A stretch of DNA of 64,000 bases. It comes from an uncultured virus (IMG/VR IMGVR_UViG_3300031720_000001). Its lineage: Duplodnaviria; Heunggongvirae; Uroviricota; Caudoviricetes. Under the pieces are notes generated by a model. The model saw only the letters and a list, made by a program, of their open reading frames with translations, did no database searches and was not told the origin of the DNA. Positions 1 to 9,845 of this stretch are shown piece by piece; the stretch's first letter is position 1; every line of letters starts with the position of its first letter. The stretch lies in the IMG/VR virus record IMGVR_UViG_3300031720_000001; one strand, 5' to 3'. The translations under genes were made by a program, and so were the position numbers.

Positions 1-226
1 AGGGCGCTTCGCTGTTACCACCCCGTCTCCTGTCCATGAACACGGGGCCCAGCGCTGCCGAGGGGCTCGGACGTTTGCCCTATTTTGGGGCGATAGGCGA
101 AGAGGTTGGTACGCTCGAGTGCGGGGAGCGACGAGGGGTTATTCCTTGCAAGAATACCCTGATGTCTAGTCAGGATTGCGTGTGGGCTCCCCGCGAGTGA
201 GCGTGACCAAAGGGCAAGCTAGCACC

Positions 227-592
227 CTACTCGTGGAACCGCACCATGATCTCGAGGTTCGGGGTCGCCAGCGTGGCATGGGTGTTGGTGATGGTGGCCC
301 GGAAGTCGGCGATCGACGTCCCGGTCTTGACGATGGCCAGCGGCACCGCGGTCGGCACCCCGACCGCCGCAGCGGCGGCGGTCACCTCGATCGCGTCGGC
401 GAACGGCACGTTCGAGCTCAGGAACGCGTAGTGCTGTGTCTTGAAGGTCTCGGGGAGAGTGACCCCGGGCGTGGACCCGGTCGCCCCGTGGAGCCCGATG
501 GTGCCCGCAGCGCCCGTCGTGAGCGACAGGCCGGTGATCCGGACCAGTCGGTCGGAGATTTGCTTGACGGTCGCAGTTCCTGTGAAGGCCAT
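227..592 (-). CDS. Small beta-rich protein, paralog of 3521-3883 (possible minor virion protein)
   Basis: MAFTGT..VRITG..GTIGL.GATG..EI..FH shared with 3521-3883; GGGAGAG upstream. Confidence 0.7.
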   Translation of the reverse strand: MAFTGTATVKQISDRLVRITGLSLTTGAAGTIGLHGATGSTPGVTLPETFKTQHYAFLSSNVPFADAIEVTAAAAAVGVPTAVPLAIVKTGTSIADFRATITNTHATLATPNLEIMVRFHE

Positions 593-657
593 GGACGCTC
601 TCCCTGCTTGTGCGATGACCCGGAGAGCCCCGAGGATCCACCCGCAGGGCGGCTACG

Positions 658-1686
658 TCAAGGTCGGCCGCTCCCCGTGCGGGACCGCTCGTCCTCTTCG
701 CGCTGGCGCTGGGCCAGCGCGATGTCGTCCTCCGAGGGGCCGCCGCCGACGTCCGCCGCCAGGTCGGAGAGGTCCGCGTCGGTCAGCGCGTCGTCCGGTA
801 AGAGGTCCCCATCGAGCTCGGTCGCCACCTTGAGCGGCGACGGCGGGGGCACCGGCGGAGCGGTCGGTGGTGCACCCAGTCGCACGAACGGCGGCGCCTG
901 AGACACCGTCTTGTCACGGGGCGGCGGCTGGGTCGGCCGCCCGGGCGCGATCACGGTCTTGTCGCGGTAGGCCGACTTGCGTTGGGCCACGCGTGTCTGC
1001 TGGGCATGGACGATCGGCCGCACCGCCGCCACCGCCGCGGCCTGCGCGCGCGCGAGCTCTGGATCCAGGGGGACGGCGCGAATCACATTGCCCCGACGCA
1101 CGATCGCCGGGAGCGCTGCGGCCTGCTCGTTCACGAGCAGGTGGTGCCCGGCCGGGATCGTGAACACGACGCCATCGGTGGGCACGGTCTGCGCCTCGTG
1201 GCCCACCAACTCGAACGCCGCGCCGAGCCCCGGCAGCGGCGTGATGCTGCCATCGCCATCGCCCAGGACGTCGCGCGCGTCGCGCTGGAGGCTCTCGAGC
1301 TCGGCGTTGGCCGCCTGCGCGCGCGCGTAGGGATCTCCCTCGGTACCTGTCCGGCCGCGCGCCCAGTCGCTCTCCTCCTCCGCGTCCTGGGCCTGCTGCA
1401 CCTGGTCGAGGTACTCCGCGGGCGGTGGAATGGCCATGTCCTCAACCCGGGCGGTTCGGCTCTTGCCACTGGCAACCACCTGGTCCTTGAGCTTGACCGC
1501 TTCAATCCAGGTCAGGTTCTCGCCCCACACGGCCACCCAGTCCTTGTCGCGCACCCGGTAGAGCTTGCCGGACGTCGCCTGGGCGATCGGGATCTTCGAG
1601 TGGGTCGTGGCCGTCCGGCCATCGGTGAACAGCGGCCTCCGGCCGGGGGGGACCTGGGATCCGGGCTTTCTGGGCTTGGGGGTCAT
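658..1686 (-). CDS. Hypothetical protein with Pro-rich and acidic C-terminus
   Basis: Long ORF; GGAGG just before the ATG of MTPKPRK. Confidence 0.6.
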   Translation of the reverse strand: MTPKPRKPGSQVPPGRRPLFTDGRTATTHSKIPIAQATSGKLYRVRDKDWVAVWGENLTWIEAVKLKDQVVASGKSRTARVEDMAIPPPAEYLDQVQQAQDAEEESDWARGRTGTEGDPYARAQAANAELESLQRDARDVLGDGDGSITPLPGLGAAFELVGHEAQTVPTDGVVFTIPAGHHLLVNEQAAALPAIVRRGNVIRAVPLDPELARAQAAAVAAVRPIVHAQQTRVAQRKSAYRDKTVIAPGRPTQPPPRDKTVSQAPPFVRLGAPPTAPPVPPPSPLKVATELDGDLLPDDALTDADLSDLAADVGGGPSEDDIALAQRQREEDERSRTGSGRP

Positions 1687-1700
1687 GCGAGGCCTCCAGG

Positions 1701-2156
1701 TCACGCTATCACACCGCGCTGGAGCCGGTCCGCGATCACGACCGAGGTGCTGTCCGGCAGCGACGCTCGACGTCCGGCCATCCAGTCCTCGATCCACGCG
1801 TTGGCGGCCTGGAGGTTTGTCTCCTCGAGTTGGGTCAGCGGCGGCTCGCCCAGCCACTCGCCGGTAAGGAGCATCGGATCGCGCTCCGGGTGGACCCGGT
1901 ACATCGTCACCCGCAGGAACTGCGGCACCTTGGAGCGTTGGGACGACGAGGTCGCGAAGAACAGGCCGCGCACGCACGCCGGCGCGGACATGTCGAGCTC
2001 GACGCACATCACCAGCGTCTCGGAGAGCGCCCACTCCCGCGAGCTGGCGCCCAAGACCGACAGGTACCGCCGAACGACCTCCTGGTAGTGCATAAGACTC
2101 ATCTTACAGGCAGGTGCATCAAATGGCAGCGGATCCATCGCGCATCGATCGTTCAA
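1701..2156 (-). CDS. Hypothetical protein (start uncertain)
   Basis: ORF with protein-like composition filling the gap between neighbours. Confidence 0.45.
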   Translation of the reverse strand: MNDRCAMDPLPFDAPACKMSLMHYQEVVRRYLSVLGASSREWALSETLVMCVELDMSAPACVRGLFFATSSSQRSKVPQFLRVTMYRVHPERDPMLLTGEWLGEPPLTQLEETNLQAANAWIEDWMAGRRASLPDSTSVVIADRLQRGVIA

Positions 2157-3517
2157 TGATCCCAGCCAAAGGACCCATGACCCCCATGACCAGACTCGGC
2201 ATGTCCGCCACCCTTTCCTTCTCGCTCGGCGCCTTGGCGCTCGCGTTGTTCGCCCACCCTGTGCTCGCCGATGAGATTGGCTATCGGAGCTTCAGCTCGT
2301 CGGCCGCCATCGGCCCACCGGCCGAGGAATTTGCCGCCAAGCTCCAGAGCCTCACGGCCACCGCGCTGGGCGCGCCCGAGGAGGTGCGGTTCATCAAGCT
2401 GGCCGGGCTGCCCGCGATCCCCGGGCAGTTCGGGGGGGACATCGTGTCGGCCGTCGCCGCCGGCACGACGGGCGGCGGGTTCGACGCGGCCTACATCTCG
2501 GGAAGCGATCTCAACAAGGTCTGGGGCTTCGTGTTCAACTCCGGCGTGCCGTTCGGTCCCACGTTCGACGAGTTCACGGGCTTTCTCTATGGCAAGTCGA
2601 TCGAGGGCGGCAAGACCGGCCTCGAGCTCGTGCAGGAGCTCCTGGATCTGCACCACCGCAACGTGGTGGCGATCCCGATCGTCGGCAGCCCCGAGCAGTT
2701 GTCCGGGTACTTCTCGGAGCCGATGGACGACGTGCACGGCCACAAGGGCATCGGCCTGGCAGGGCTGTGCGGCAAGCCCTGGGTCTTGCGCTACCTTCCG
2801 CCGGCCGAGAACATCCTGGGCCTAGCCTGTGACGACCTGGTGGCGCAGGGCAAGGTCGCCAAGAAGCGGATCAGCTTCATCGCGGCGGTCCCGGGCGGCG
2901 GCTCGCTGATCGACGGCGTGCTCGCGGGTACGCTGCAGGGCTTCGAGTTCGCGACCCCGCTGGACGACGTGTCCCAACTCTTCAACACCGCCAATAACCC
3001 CGGCACGGTCGGGGTCCGCTTCGTCCACACGCCCGGGTGGCAGCAGCAGTTCCTGGTGACCTGGATGATCATCAACCGCGGGGTGTGGAACACGCTCAGC
3101 GCCGGGCAGCGGGCGATCACGCTGTCGGTCGCGCGCGATCACGTCGTGTCGTCGTACGGCGAGAACCTGCGCCGCCAGGGCGCAGCACTGCAGTTCATCC
3201 TGGACGCCAACAAGAAGGACGGCAACCCCAACAACGACATGGTGCTGAGCCGGTGGACCCTGCGCGACCAGGGGCGGCTACGCGACGCGACGATTCGATT
3301 TCTCAACGCGCGCATCGACGACGCGGCGCTGCCCGCTGGCGACCGCACCGACTACGCCCGGGTGCTGGAGGCGTTCCGGCTCTACGTGCACGACAACGTC
3401 CATTACTGGGACCGCCGGCAGGTCGACACCCAGCAGCGGTTTGAGGACTGGGCCGATCGGTCGGGCAACTGCTGGGACGAGAAGTGCGACCCGCAGCGCT
3501 GCAGCCGACGTCCCTAG
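2156..3517 (+). CDS. Secreted TRAP (DctP/TakP-like) solute-binding protein
   Basis: Signal peptide ALALFAHPVLA-DE; GGFDAAY..SGVPFG..GLEL..NVVAIP..EQLSGYF pattern resembles DctP/TakP proteins. Confidence 0.6.
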   Translation: MIPAKGPMTPMTRLGMSATLSFSLGALALALFAHPVLADEIGYRSFSSSAAIGPPAEEFAAKLQSLTATALGAPEEVRFIKLAGLPAIPGQFGGDIVSAVAAGTTGGGFDAAYISGSDLNKVWGFVFNSGVPFGPTFDEFTGFLYGKSIEGGKTGLELVQELLDLHHRNVVAIPIVGSPEQLSGYFSEPMDDVHGHKGIGLAGLCGKPWVLRYLPPAENILGLACDDLVAQGKVAKKRISFIAAVPGGGSLIDGVLAGTLQGFEFATPLDDVSQLFNTANNPGTVGVRFVHTPGWQQQFLVTWMIINRGVWNTLSAGQRAITLSVARDHVVSSYGENLRRQGAALQFILDANKKDGNPNNDMVLSRWTLRDQGRLRDATIRFLNARIDDAALPAGDRTDYARVLEAFRLYVHDNVHYWDRRQVDTQQRFEDWADRSGNCWDEKCDPQRCSRRP

Positions 3518-3520
3518 CGA

Positions 3521-3883
3521 TCACCCGTGGAACTTGATGTAGATCTCGAGTAGCGGTGTCGGGGTGCCCAGGTCGGTCCCGATCTCGATCCGGAAGTCCT
3601 CCTCGGTCGCGCCGGTCTTGACCACGACCGGGTTGCAGAGCGCCTCGCCAAGCGCCGCCAACCGGAAGGACGCGTCGACGCTGTCTTGCAGCGAGATCAC
3701 CGCGTCGCCGCGGGAATACGGCGCCGGCCGGAAGGACGCTGGCAACCGGACATCCGGGGGCGTCCCGGTCGCGCCTGCAAGGCCGATCGTGCCCCCGGTG
3801 CCATCGCCTGGCAGTGCGACCCCGGTGATACGCACGATGCCATCGGTGATCTGCGTGATGATGGGCGTCCCGGTGAAGGCCAT
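3521..3883 (-). CDS. Small beta-rich protein, paralog of 227-592
   Basis: Clear N- and C-terminal similarity to 227-592. Confidence 0.7.
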   Translation of the reverse strand: MAFTGTPIITQITDGIVRITGVALPGDGTGGTIGLAGATGTPPDVRLPASFRPAPYSRGDAVISLQDSVDASFRLAALGEALCNPVVVKTGATEEDFRIEIGTDLGTPTPLLEIYIKFHG

Positions 3884-3884
3884 G

Positions 3885-4229
3885 TCAGGCGACCTCGCTG
3901 GCGACCGGCGCGTCCGTGCATTGGGGGCACGCCCAGCCGTCGATCTTCTCATCCCAGCGCCAGCCACTGGGCTCAAGCACGGCGACCGGAGGGACGCCGC
4001 AAGACACGCTCTGCTGATGCCCGCATCGACAGGTCACGAGCAGATGGGGCATCCTTGGCATCTTGGCAAGGATCCGGTCCATCTCCTGCTTTGTGAGGGC
4101 CGGGGGCTGATCAGCGACTGGGCCAAATAACCGTCGCATGACCCACTGATCGACCTGACGGCGGACCACGTTGATCGCGATGAACGCGAACAGGCACGCG
4201 ACAAAACAGACCACGAACAACTGCGACAT
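3885..4229 (-). CDS. Membrane-anchored Zn-ribbon hypothetical protein
   Basis: N-terminal hydrophobic helix; CRCG and CPQC. Confidence 0.5.
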   Translation of the reverse strand: MSQLFVVCFVACLFAFIAINVVRRQVDQWVMRRLFGPVADQPPALTKQEMDRILAKMPRMPHLLVTCRCGHQQSVSCGVPPVAVLEPSGWRWDEKIDGWACPQCTDAPVASEVA

Positions 4230-4239
4230 GACCTCGATC

Positions 4240-4602
4240 CTACACCGTGGGATCGGAGCCGCGGCGAAAGATCACCCGCCATACCGCCGCCGCCAGCGGG
4301 ATCGACAGGGTGGCAACGATCTGGAGCAGCTTGTAGCGGTCGCTCCGCTTCATCTCCTCCACCCCCGCCCGGAGCTGGCCAAGCACATTGGCCTGCCACA
4401 CGGCGGTCGGATCGGTGATCGTCGGCGTCGAGAGCGTGGTGGTGTCCGCCGGGTCGTCGCCCAAGGACCCCAGCATGACCGACGTGACCACCCGCCGGGA
4501 TGGCAGTTGCGTGGACACCCCGCCCATCGCCCGGTACCACGATGGGCCGTGGGTCATGTCGCCCGCCAGCGCGCGGCGTCGTCGTCGAGGATGGTAGGAC
4601 AT
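4240..4602 (-). CDS. Small membrane protein with MxY/basic/LGD leader (virion-protein-like)
   Basis: MSYHPRRRRR..MLGSLGDD; C-terminal hydrophobic helix followed by RR. Confidence 0.65.
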   Translation of the reverse strand: MSYHPRRRRRALAGDMTHGPSWYRAMGGVSTQLPSRRVVTSVMLGSLGDDPADTTTLSTPTITDPTAVWQANVLGQLRAGVEEMKRSDRYKLLQIVATLSIPLAAAVWRVIFRRGSDPTV

Positions 4603-4611
4603 CAGCGCCCC

Positions 4612-5244
4612 TTAGTTGGCGGAGAACACGCCCAGGTTTTGGCTCTGCCCGATCGCGTCGTCGATCTGTAGATCCGACAGGTCGTCTTCGGCATTCGGCG
4701 CATTGGTCGGCGCCGCCGCCGCGGCAGTCCCGCGCGGTGGCATGCCGGTCTTGCTGTACCGCCCCGGATCGTACGTGTCGTTGTAGCTGTACTCGTTGGG
4801 GTCCTCGTGCACCGGCTGGAGCTGCGGCATCGCCGCCAACTGGCTGGTGTCCGCTGCCTCGAGCTCGGGCGATGCGTCGGCGACCATCCAGCCCAGCTTG
4901 GGGATGTACAACTGGATGAGCGACTGCAACGCGGCGATCGCCGCCCCCACGGTGATCGGCGTGTGGTACTTGGCCAGCCACTTCACCCGGTGCGCCAGGA
5001 ACCACGCCGCCAGGAAGGCGCCGATCGAGACCCCGGCGCCCACGTGCTTGCCCCACGACGGCTTTTTGGCGGCGATCTGCGTCGCCGCGACCCTGGTCGT
5101 GAACCGGGTCACCGCGAAGCTCGCGAACCCCGGGCCCACCCACTCGGCCAGGTCCGTGAACAGCGGCGGGTTACGCCGGGGTGCCGGGTCCGAAGGGGTC
5201 CGGCGGCTCCGGCGTTTCTTGTACCGTCGATGTAGACGCGCCAT
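4612..5244 (-). CDS. Arg-rich RRNP membrane protein, paralog of the C-terminal half of 51718-53331
   Basis: RRNP..DLA..F..TR..LAK...IQ..P aligns by eye with the 51718 protein. Confidence 0.65.
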   Translation of the reverse strand: MARLHRRYKKRRSRRTPSDPAPRRNPPLFTDLAEWVGPGFASFAVTRFTTRVAATQIAAKKPSWGKHVGAGVSIGAFLAAWFLAHRVKWLAKYHTPITVGAAIAALQSLIQLYIPKLGWMVADASPELEAADTSQLAAMPQLQPVHEDPNEYSYNDTYDPGRYSKTGMPPRGTAAAAAPTNAPNAEDDLSDLQIDDAIGQSQNLGVFSAN

Positions 5245-5328
5245 GCGTGGTTTGCTCCGCGGGGCGCGGACCGGAGAAACGCGCCTTCACGGCAAGGGTA
5301 CCCGCAACCCGCACGGTTCCACAAGAGG

Positions 5329-5787
5329 TTACGATGTGCGCGCCACCCGGACGTCCCGGGCCTCGATCGCTACCTGGATGACCTCGTCGAGCTCGTCGAG
5401 TGGCAAGGTCGCCATCATCTTCCTGATGTAGGCTGCGTTGATCTCGCGCGTCGTCGCCCCCGGCTCCACGCCGAGCGTCTCGTAGTGGTCCGGCGGCTTG
5501 CCCCTCCGGAACACCTCCTCGGACATCGCGCCAGATCTGTCTTGTTCCACTACCCTACCACTGCCCAGCGCACGGAAGTCGTTGGGGTGTAACCCCTCGA
5601 ACCAGTGCGGCACGCACAGATACCACGGCGCGCCGTCGGGCCCGGGCGCCATCTCCACCAGGACACACTCCCGTGCCCCCTGGGTCGGCCGCGGCCGGCG
5701 GGCCACCCGGTTCTGTGCACGCACGCGATCACACTCGTCGCAGGAGGGAACGATCTGAATCGCCACGTCGGTCTCGGCCCGGGCCAT
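5329..5787 (-). CDS. Zn-finger protein with truncated J-domain-like C-terminus
   Basis: CDEC..CVPH; DHYETLGVEPGATTREINAAY without HPD. Confidence 0.5.
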   Translation of the reverse strand: MARAETDVAIQIVPSCDECDRVRAQNRVARRPRPTQGARECVLVEMAPGPDGAPWYLCVPHWFEGLHPNDFRALGSGRVVEQDRSGAMSEEVFRRGKPPDHYETLGVEPGATTREINAAYIRKMMATLPLDELDEVIQVAIEARDVRVARTS

Positions 5788-5831
5788 GGCCGTTTGTACG
5801 GGGAGAGTCTGACGGTGCTAGCATCGCTTCC

Positions 5832-6257
5832 ATGCACCGACTCATTCTCCTGACCGCGCTCTGGGCAGGATGCGCGGCCGATCCCCCGCCCGCCCCGCTC
5901 GACCCCACCGGTAACTGGTCCATGACGTGCGCCTGGACCCGTGGCTCGTGCCAATTGACCGGCTCGTTCGCCGCGCTCGTCACCGTGCTACGCATCGGCG
6001 ACGGCTACGTGATCAACGAGACCCGACCCGAGGTCCGCGTCACCGGCACCGTGCTCTGCACCTCCGCGCGCTGCACCTTGTCGTTCACCGAGTCGGGCCC
6101 GGGGCCCCAGGGATCGGCCGTCCAGCAGATCTCTCTGTCCGCCAACCTGGCCGTTGACCCGCTCGACGCCATCACGGGCGCGGGCTCCGTCACCTACCGG
6201 TTCACCGACGGCAGCGCGTGCGACCACCAGTTCACCGCGGATGGCTGGCGCGACTAG
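5832..6257 (+). CDS. Lipoprotein, beta-rich
   Basis: MHRLILLTALWAGC lipobox; several Cys. Confidence 0.6.
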   Translation: MHRLILLTALWAGCAADPPPAPLDPTGNWSMTCAWTRGSCQLTGSFAALVTVLRIGDGYVINETRPEVRVTGTVLCTSARCTLSFTESGPGPQGSAVQQISLSANLAVDPLDAITGAGSVTYRFTDGSACDHQFTADGWRD

Positions 6258-6290
6258 GAGATTTCCTGGTCTGGGCTAGGGTGCGTCACC

Positions 6291-6614
6291 ATGCCCAACG
6301 CACCCTCTCAGACCATGACCGCCGCCCACCAACGCCGCATCGTCGTCGCCGTCCGCGACCGCATCACCGGCGTGTCCGGCGCCGACACCACGACGCCCCT
6401 GGTCGTCACCAGCAACCAGCCCACCCGTGTGACCGGCGCGGTCGATCCGAACGACAACCGCGCGATCATCCTGACCGCGACCACCAACGTGGGCGGCGCC
6501 ACGATCACCGTGCAGGAGAACCCGTCGACGCCCGATCCGCTCAACATCCCCGTGACCGTCGAGGCACCGCCCGACCTCAGCGGCGTGGACTTCGTGTCCG
6601 CGACCCAGATCTAA
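6291..6614 (+). CDS. Small Ig-like beta protein
   Basis: Thr/Val-rich beta pattern; strong GC3 codon bias. Confidence 0.5.
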   Translation: MPNAPSQTMTAAHQRRIVVAVRDRITGVSGADTTTPLVVTSNQPTRVTGAVDPNDNRAIILTATTNVGGATITVQENPSTPDPLNIPVTVEAPPDLSGVDFVSATQI

Positions 6615-6979
6615 TCCGGTTCCGGGTCTGGCGCCGTGGTCATCCGGCTGAACTCCGCCCAGACCGTTGCCACCATGTCGGTGATCGGTGTGAGCTCGGC
6701 GCCCGGCCGATAAAACATCGCGACACCGATTCCCAGCACCGCCCCGGCGAGCTCGTTCCGGGGATGCGACTCCTGGAACACGTCGAGGATGATGCCCAGG
6801 AGGCTCCCGGTCCACAGCCGCGGCGGGACGTCGCCGATCGCCGCGACCAGCCGGCGCAGGTCGTCGCGTAGCGGCTCGGCCGCCGCCTCGAGCTGCGCGC
6901 TGATCCGCACCATCGCCTCCAGGTCCTTCGCGGGGATCTCCTGGGTGGGTCGGTCGGAGATGGTCGGTCGTTCGGACAT
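6611..6979 (-). CDS. Hypothetical protein
   Basis: ORF downstream of 6989-7738 on the same strand. Confidence 0.5.
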   Translation of the reverse strand: MSERPTISDRPTQEIPAKDLEAMVRISAQLEAAAEPLRDDLRRLVAAIGDVPPRLWTGSLLGIILDVFQESHPRNELAGAVLGIGVAMFYRPGAELTPITDMVATVWAEFSRMTTAPDPEPD

Positions 6980-6988
6980 CCGCGCATC

Positions 6989-7738
6989 CTACGTGCGGAC
7001 CAGCGTTTTCTCCAACTCCTTCCAGTACAGCTCGCACGCCCCGTGGTGGCCCGACCGCAACCGGCATGGCTCGTTGCGATAGGTCAGGCGAGCGCAGCGC
7101 GAGTCCGGGGCCTCCGGCGCCATCCGCTGCCGCCGGACGAAGTAGTGCACCTGGCACTTCCAGCTATCGTCGCCGAACACTGCGCCACGGAGATTCTCGC
7201 GGCGCTCCTCGATCTGCGGCTGGCACCCCAGGCAGATGACCTGGTATTCGCCCCAATCGTTGCCGCCCGCCGCCCGGGGGTTGGGGGTCTTCTTTTGCTC
7301 CATGATCCGCACCGTGCCGCAGTCGAGGCAGCGCGGCGTCGTGTCCAGCGCGAGCTCGCACCTCCGCTCGGAGGCGTCGATCGATGACTGGATCGCGCGA
7401 TCGTGATCGACCAGGGCATCGCGCGCGAACAGGACCGCGTACACCCAGAGCCACGACGAGCCCTCCACGTACAGCCGCGGGAAGTGCCACGCGTTCTGGC
7501 CCTGGCCGTCGACGTAGCGCACCTCGTCGATCGGGCGGCCCGGCATGTCGATGTCGACATCGCGGATCCCGCGCCGGAGCACGAAGGTGTAGCGACCGTC
7601 ATCGCCGGTCGACGACGACGCGATCGTAATCGCGGGCTCCGGGAGGTCGATGTCTTTGACGAGCGCCTCGATGTTGGCAAACGCGTGCGCGAACGTGGAT
7701 CCCTCGACCGGTCCGCTGCCAGGGTTGATGATGACCAT
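6989..7738 (-). CDS. Hypothetical phage protein with CxxC pairs
   Basis: AGGAG RBS; CLDC and CLGC. Confidence 0.6.
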   Translation of the reverse strand: MVIINPGSGPVEGSTFAHAFANIEALVKDIDLPEPAITIASSSTGDDGRYTFVLRRGIRDVDIDMPGRPIDEVRYVDGQGQNAWHFPRLYVEGSSWLWVYAVLFARDALVDHDRAIQSSIDASERRCELALDTTPRCLDCGTVRIMEQKKTPNPRAAGGNDWGEYQVICLGCQPQIEERRENLRGAVFGDDSWKCQVHYFVRRQRMAPEAPDSRCARLTYRNEPCRLRSGHHGACELYWKELEKTLVRT

Positions 7739-7760
7739 CTCGAATCTCCTTGGTGTCGTG

Positions 7761-8714
7761 TCAGTGCATCCTATACGAGACGTTGGTCACCCGGCCATCC
7801 CAGCACGCCCGGCAGTTCCGGCACATGTTGACCGCGCTGTCGATCGCGTGGCACACGATCGCCCCCTTCTGACGGAGCGGTGGACGCTCGCCCAACCGGT
7901 GTGTCGTGGACGTCGGCAGATGTGCGATCTCCGCGGGCACCTCCGGTGCCTTGCCGATGTAGTGCGCCGACAGCCGGACGGTCAGGTTGTCCGGGATCAC
8001 CCCGCCCGCCCGCAGGTACTGGACGACGTCGCCATACTCGCGGGTCGGGAGCCAGTGCCGCACGTTCGGCGTCGCCTCCGCTACTGCACAGATCGCGGCC
8101 AGGTGCCACGCCCCGTGCAGGTCCCCGGAATCGTGCCACCGGAACGCGGGCTCGCCCCCGGCCTCCACGTAGTCCAGGATCAAGACGATCATCGCCTCGA
8201 TCCAGTAGCGGTGCCGGATCGCCGCTTGGCGCTTGGCCCGGGCCGCGACCGCCGCATGCCAGTAGCGATAGAAGTTCCGGCGCGCGTAGCAGCCCGAGCA
8301 CGTCGAGGTCGGGTCGTCCACGAGCGCCGACCCAGCCCGGCACTGGAACGCGTCGATCCCGTACGCCGCGCCGGGCATCTTCGACGGCTGGCCCAGGGTC
8401 CCGGCGATGGCGCTCGCCTGCTGCGTGGTCATCTTCAGCGCCAGCTCGAGGCGAGCTCGTAGCGGCCGGGGCAGGCGCTCGGCGTCGCCGCGCGCGAACT
8501 TGCCGCCCCCGTTGATGGTCTCGCACGCGGGCACCATCGTCGTGCCGTCGCCCAGGTCCACCGGCTCCGCGTGCTTGGCCCGGGTGCGCTTGCACCAGAT
8601 ACAGCGCGGCTCGTCAAAGTCATCGAACAGCGCCGCAATGGACTGTGGGGTCGGCGAGCTCAGAACCGGCAGCGAGACCCGACGCGGGGCGGTGACCACC
8701 TTGACGCTTGGCAT
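7761..8714 (-). CDS. GP88-like phage protein (radical-SAM-like Fe-S)
   Basis: SKMPG..C..CSGCYA..FRWHDSGD..HWLPTRE..NLTVRLS..CRNCRACW. Confidence 0.75.
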   Translation of the reverse strand: MPSVKVVTAPRRVSLPVLSSPTPQSIAALFDDFDEPRCIWCKRTRAKHAEPVDLGDGTTMVPACETINGGGKFARGDAERLPRPLRARLELALKMTTQQASAIAGTLGQPSKMPGAAYGIDAFQCRAGSALVDDPTSTCSGCYARRNFYRYWHAAVAARAKRQAAIRHRYWIEAMIVLILDYVEAGGEPAFRWHDSGDLHGAWHLAAICAVAEATPNVRHWLPTREYGDVVQYLRAGGVIPDNLTVRLSAHYIGKAPEVPAEIAHLPTSTTHRLGERPPLRQKGAIVCHAIDSAVNMCRNCRACWDGRVTNVSYRMH

Positions 8715-8745
8715 CCCGCCATGATCGCCCGGCGGTCTGACACGG

Positions 8746-8760
8746 CTTGCCAGTGGCAAG
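8746..8760. promoter_or_regulatory. Palindromic operator CTTGCCAGTGGCAAG
   Basis: Perfect palindrome upstream of the GP88-like gene. Confidence 0.7.
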
Positions 8761-8761
8761 A

Positions 8762-9079
8762 TCAGCGGCGGCGGGCGATCATCTCGAGCCGGTCACAGTC
8801 CGGCGTCCAGACCTGGTGTGCGAGGATGTAGTGCTCTGCCTGCTGCGGCCACACGAACCCGAACGCCCCCAGGTCGCAGGTACCCAGGCGGGAGTGGCAG
8901 ATCCGGCAGTTGGCAAACCCCAGGTAGGCAATCGCGATCGTGCCCGCGGAGAGCACCGCTGCCAGCGCGCTGCGCCGCTCGGCGGAGATGTCGGTGCGGA
9001 CGAAGTCCTGGGGCCGCTCACCGCGCAGCATCCCCCAGAACAGGATGCGGCGGACGCGGTCGGGATCGGGCTGGATCAT
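8762..9079 (-). CDS. Hypothetical protein with CRIC motif
   Basis: YLGFANCRIC..FVWP..HYILAH. Confidence 0.5.
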   Translation of the reverse strand: MIQPDPDRVRRILFWGMLRGERPQDFVRTDISAERRSALAAVLSAGTIAIAYLGFANCRICHSRLGTCDLGAFGFVWPQQAEHYILAHQVWTPDCDRLEMIARRR

Positions 9080-9210
9080 GTGGTGGGCCTTTGACGTGTG
9101 ACGGCAGGTCGTGCGACCCATGATGGCATGGGGTTCGAGGGTTTTACAGAGATCGCCATCTTGCTCCGCCTCCTTGAGCTCACCATCCACATCCACGAGA
9201 GGATCCGTCA

Positions 9211-9526
9211 CATGCCCACGCCCACGTCCATCGCCGAGCTTCAGGCCACGGTCGGCCAACTCCAGGCCTCGATCAACGCGTTCCAACCCGTACTGCAAGC
9301 CTCGCTCGACCTGACGGGCGTCGCCGTCGCCAAGCTCGAGGAGTTGTTCCAGCTGATCCAAAGCATGGGGACAGCGCCGACCCCGGAGCAGCTCCAAGAG
9401 ATCTCCGCTACGATCGCCGCCGCGAAGGAGACGATCTCCGGTGACATCGCCTCGCTGAACCTCAGAAACGCGGCGGTGCAGAACGAGCTGGAGAAGATCA
9501 ACCAGCCGCCCACGACCGGCGGCTAG
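9211..9526 (+). CDS. Coiled-coil hypothetical protein
   Basis: Heptad pattern; GAGGA upstream of MPTPTS. Confidence 0.5.
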
Positions 9527-9527
9527 G

Positions 9528-9836
9528 TCACCAGTGCTCATCCAGCAAGGCCAGGGAGGTATCGGCCTGCAACAGTTCGCGTAGCGCGGTCATGATCCGG
9601 CGTGGCACGACCTCGAACTCCGAGGACTCTTGCGCCGGGATCGCCACGAGATCGACGGTGTGCGCGTTCTTCTTGCTGAAGGTCGGCGCCGAGATCTCGA
9701 CGGTGGTGAGCCGTCCCCCGCAGCCGTCTCGCAGACAGGCCCGTCGACGTCGCAGGGATCCAACGTTTGGCCGGGTCTCGAGCACCTTGGTGTCGTCCCC
9801 GCAGACCGGACAGCGAATCCCATCACCGGCGCTCAT
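9528..9836 (-). CDS. NrdR-like zinc-ribbon regulator
   Basis: CPVCG..TKVLETR..RRRRAC..CGGRLTTVE. Confidence 0.7.
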   Translation of the reverse strand: MSAGDGIRCPVCGDDTKVLETRPNVGSLRRRRACLRDGCGGRLTTVEISAPTFSKKNAHTVDLVAIPAQESSEFEVVPRRIMTALRELLQADTSLALLDEHW

Positions 9837-9845
9837 GATGGTGGG

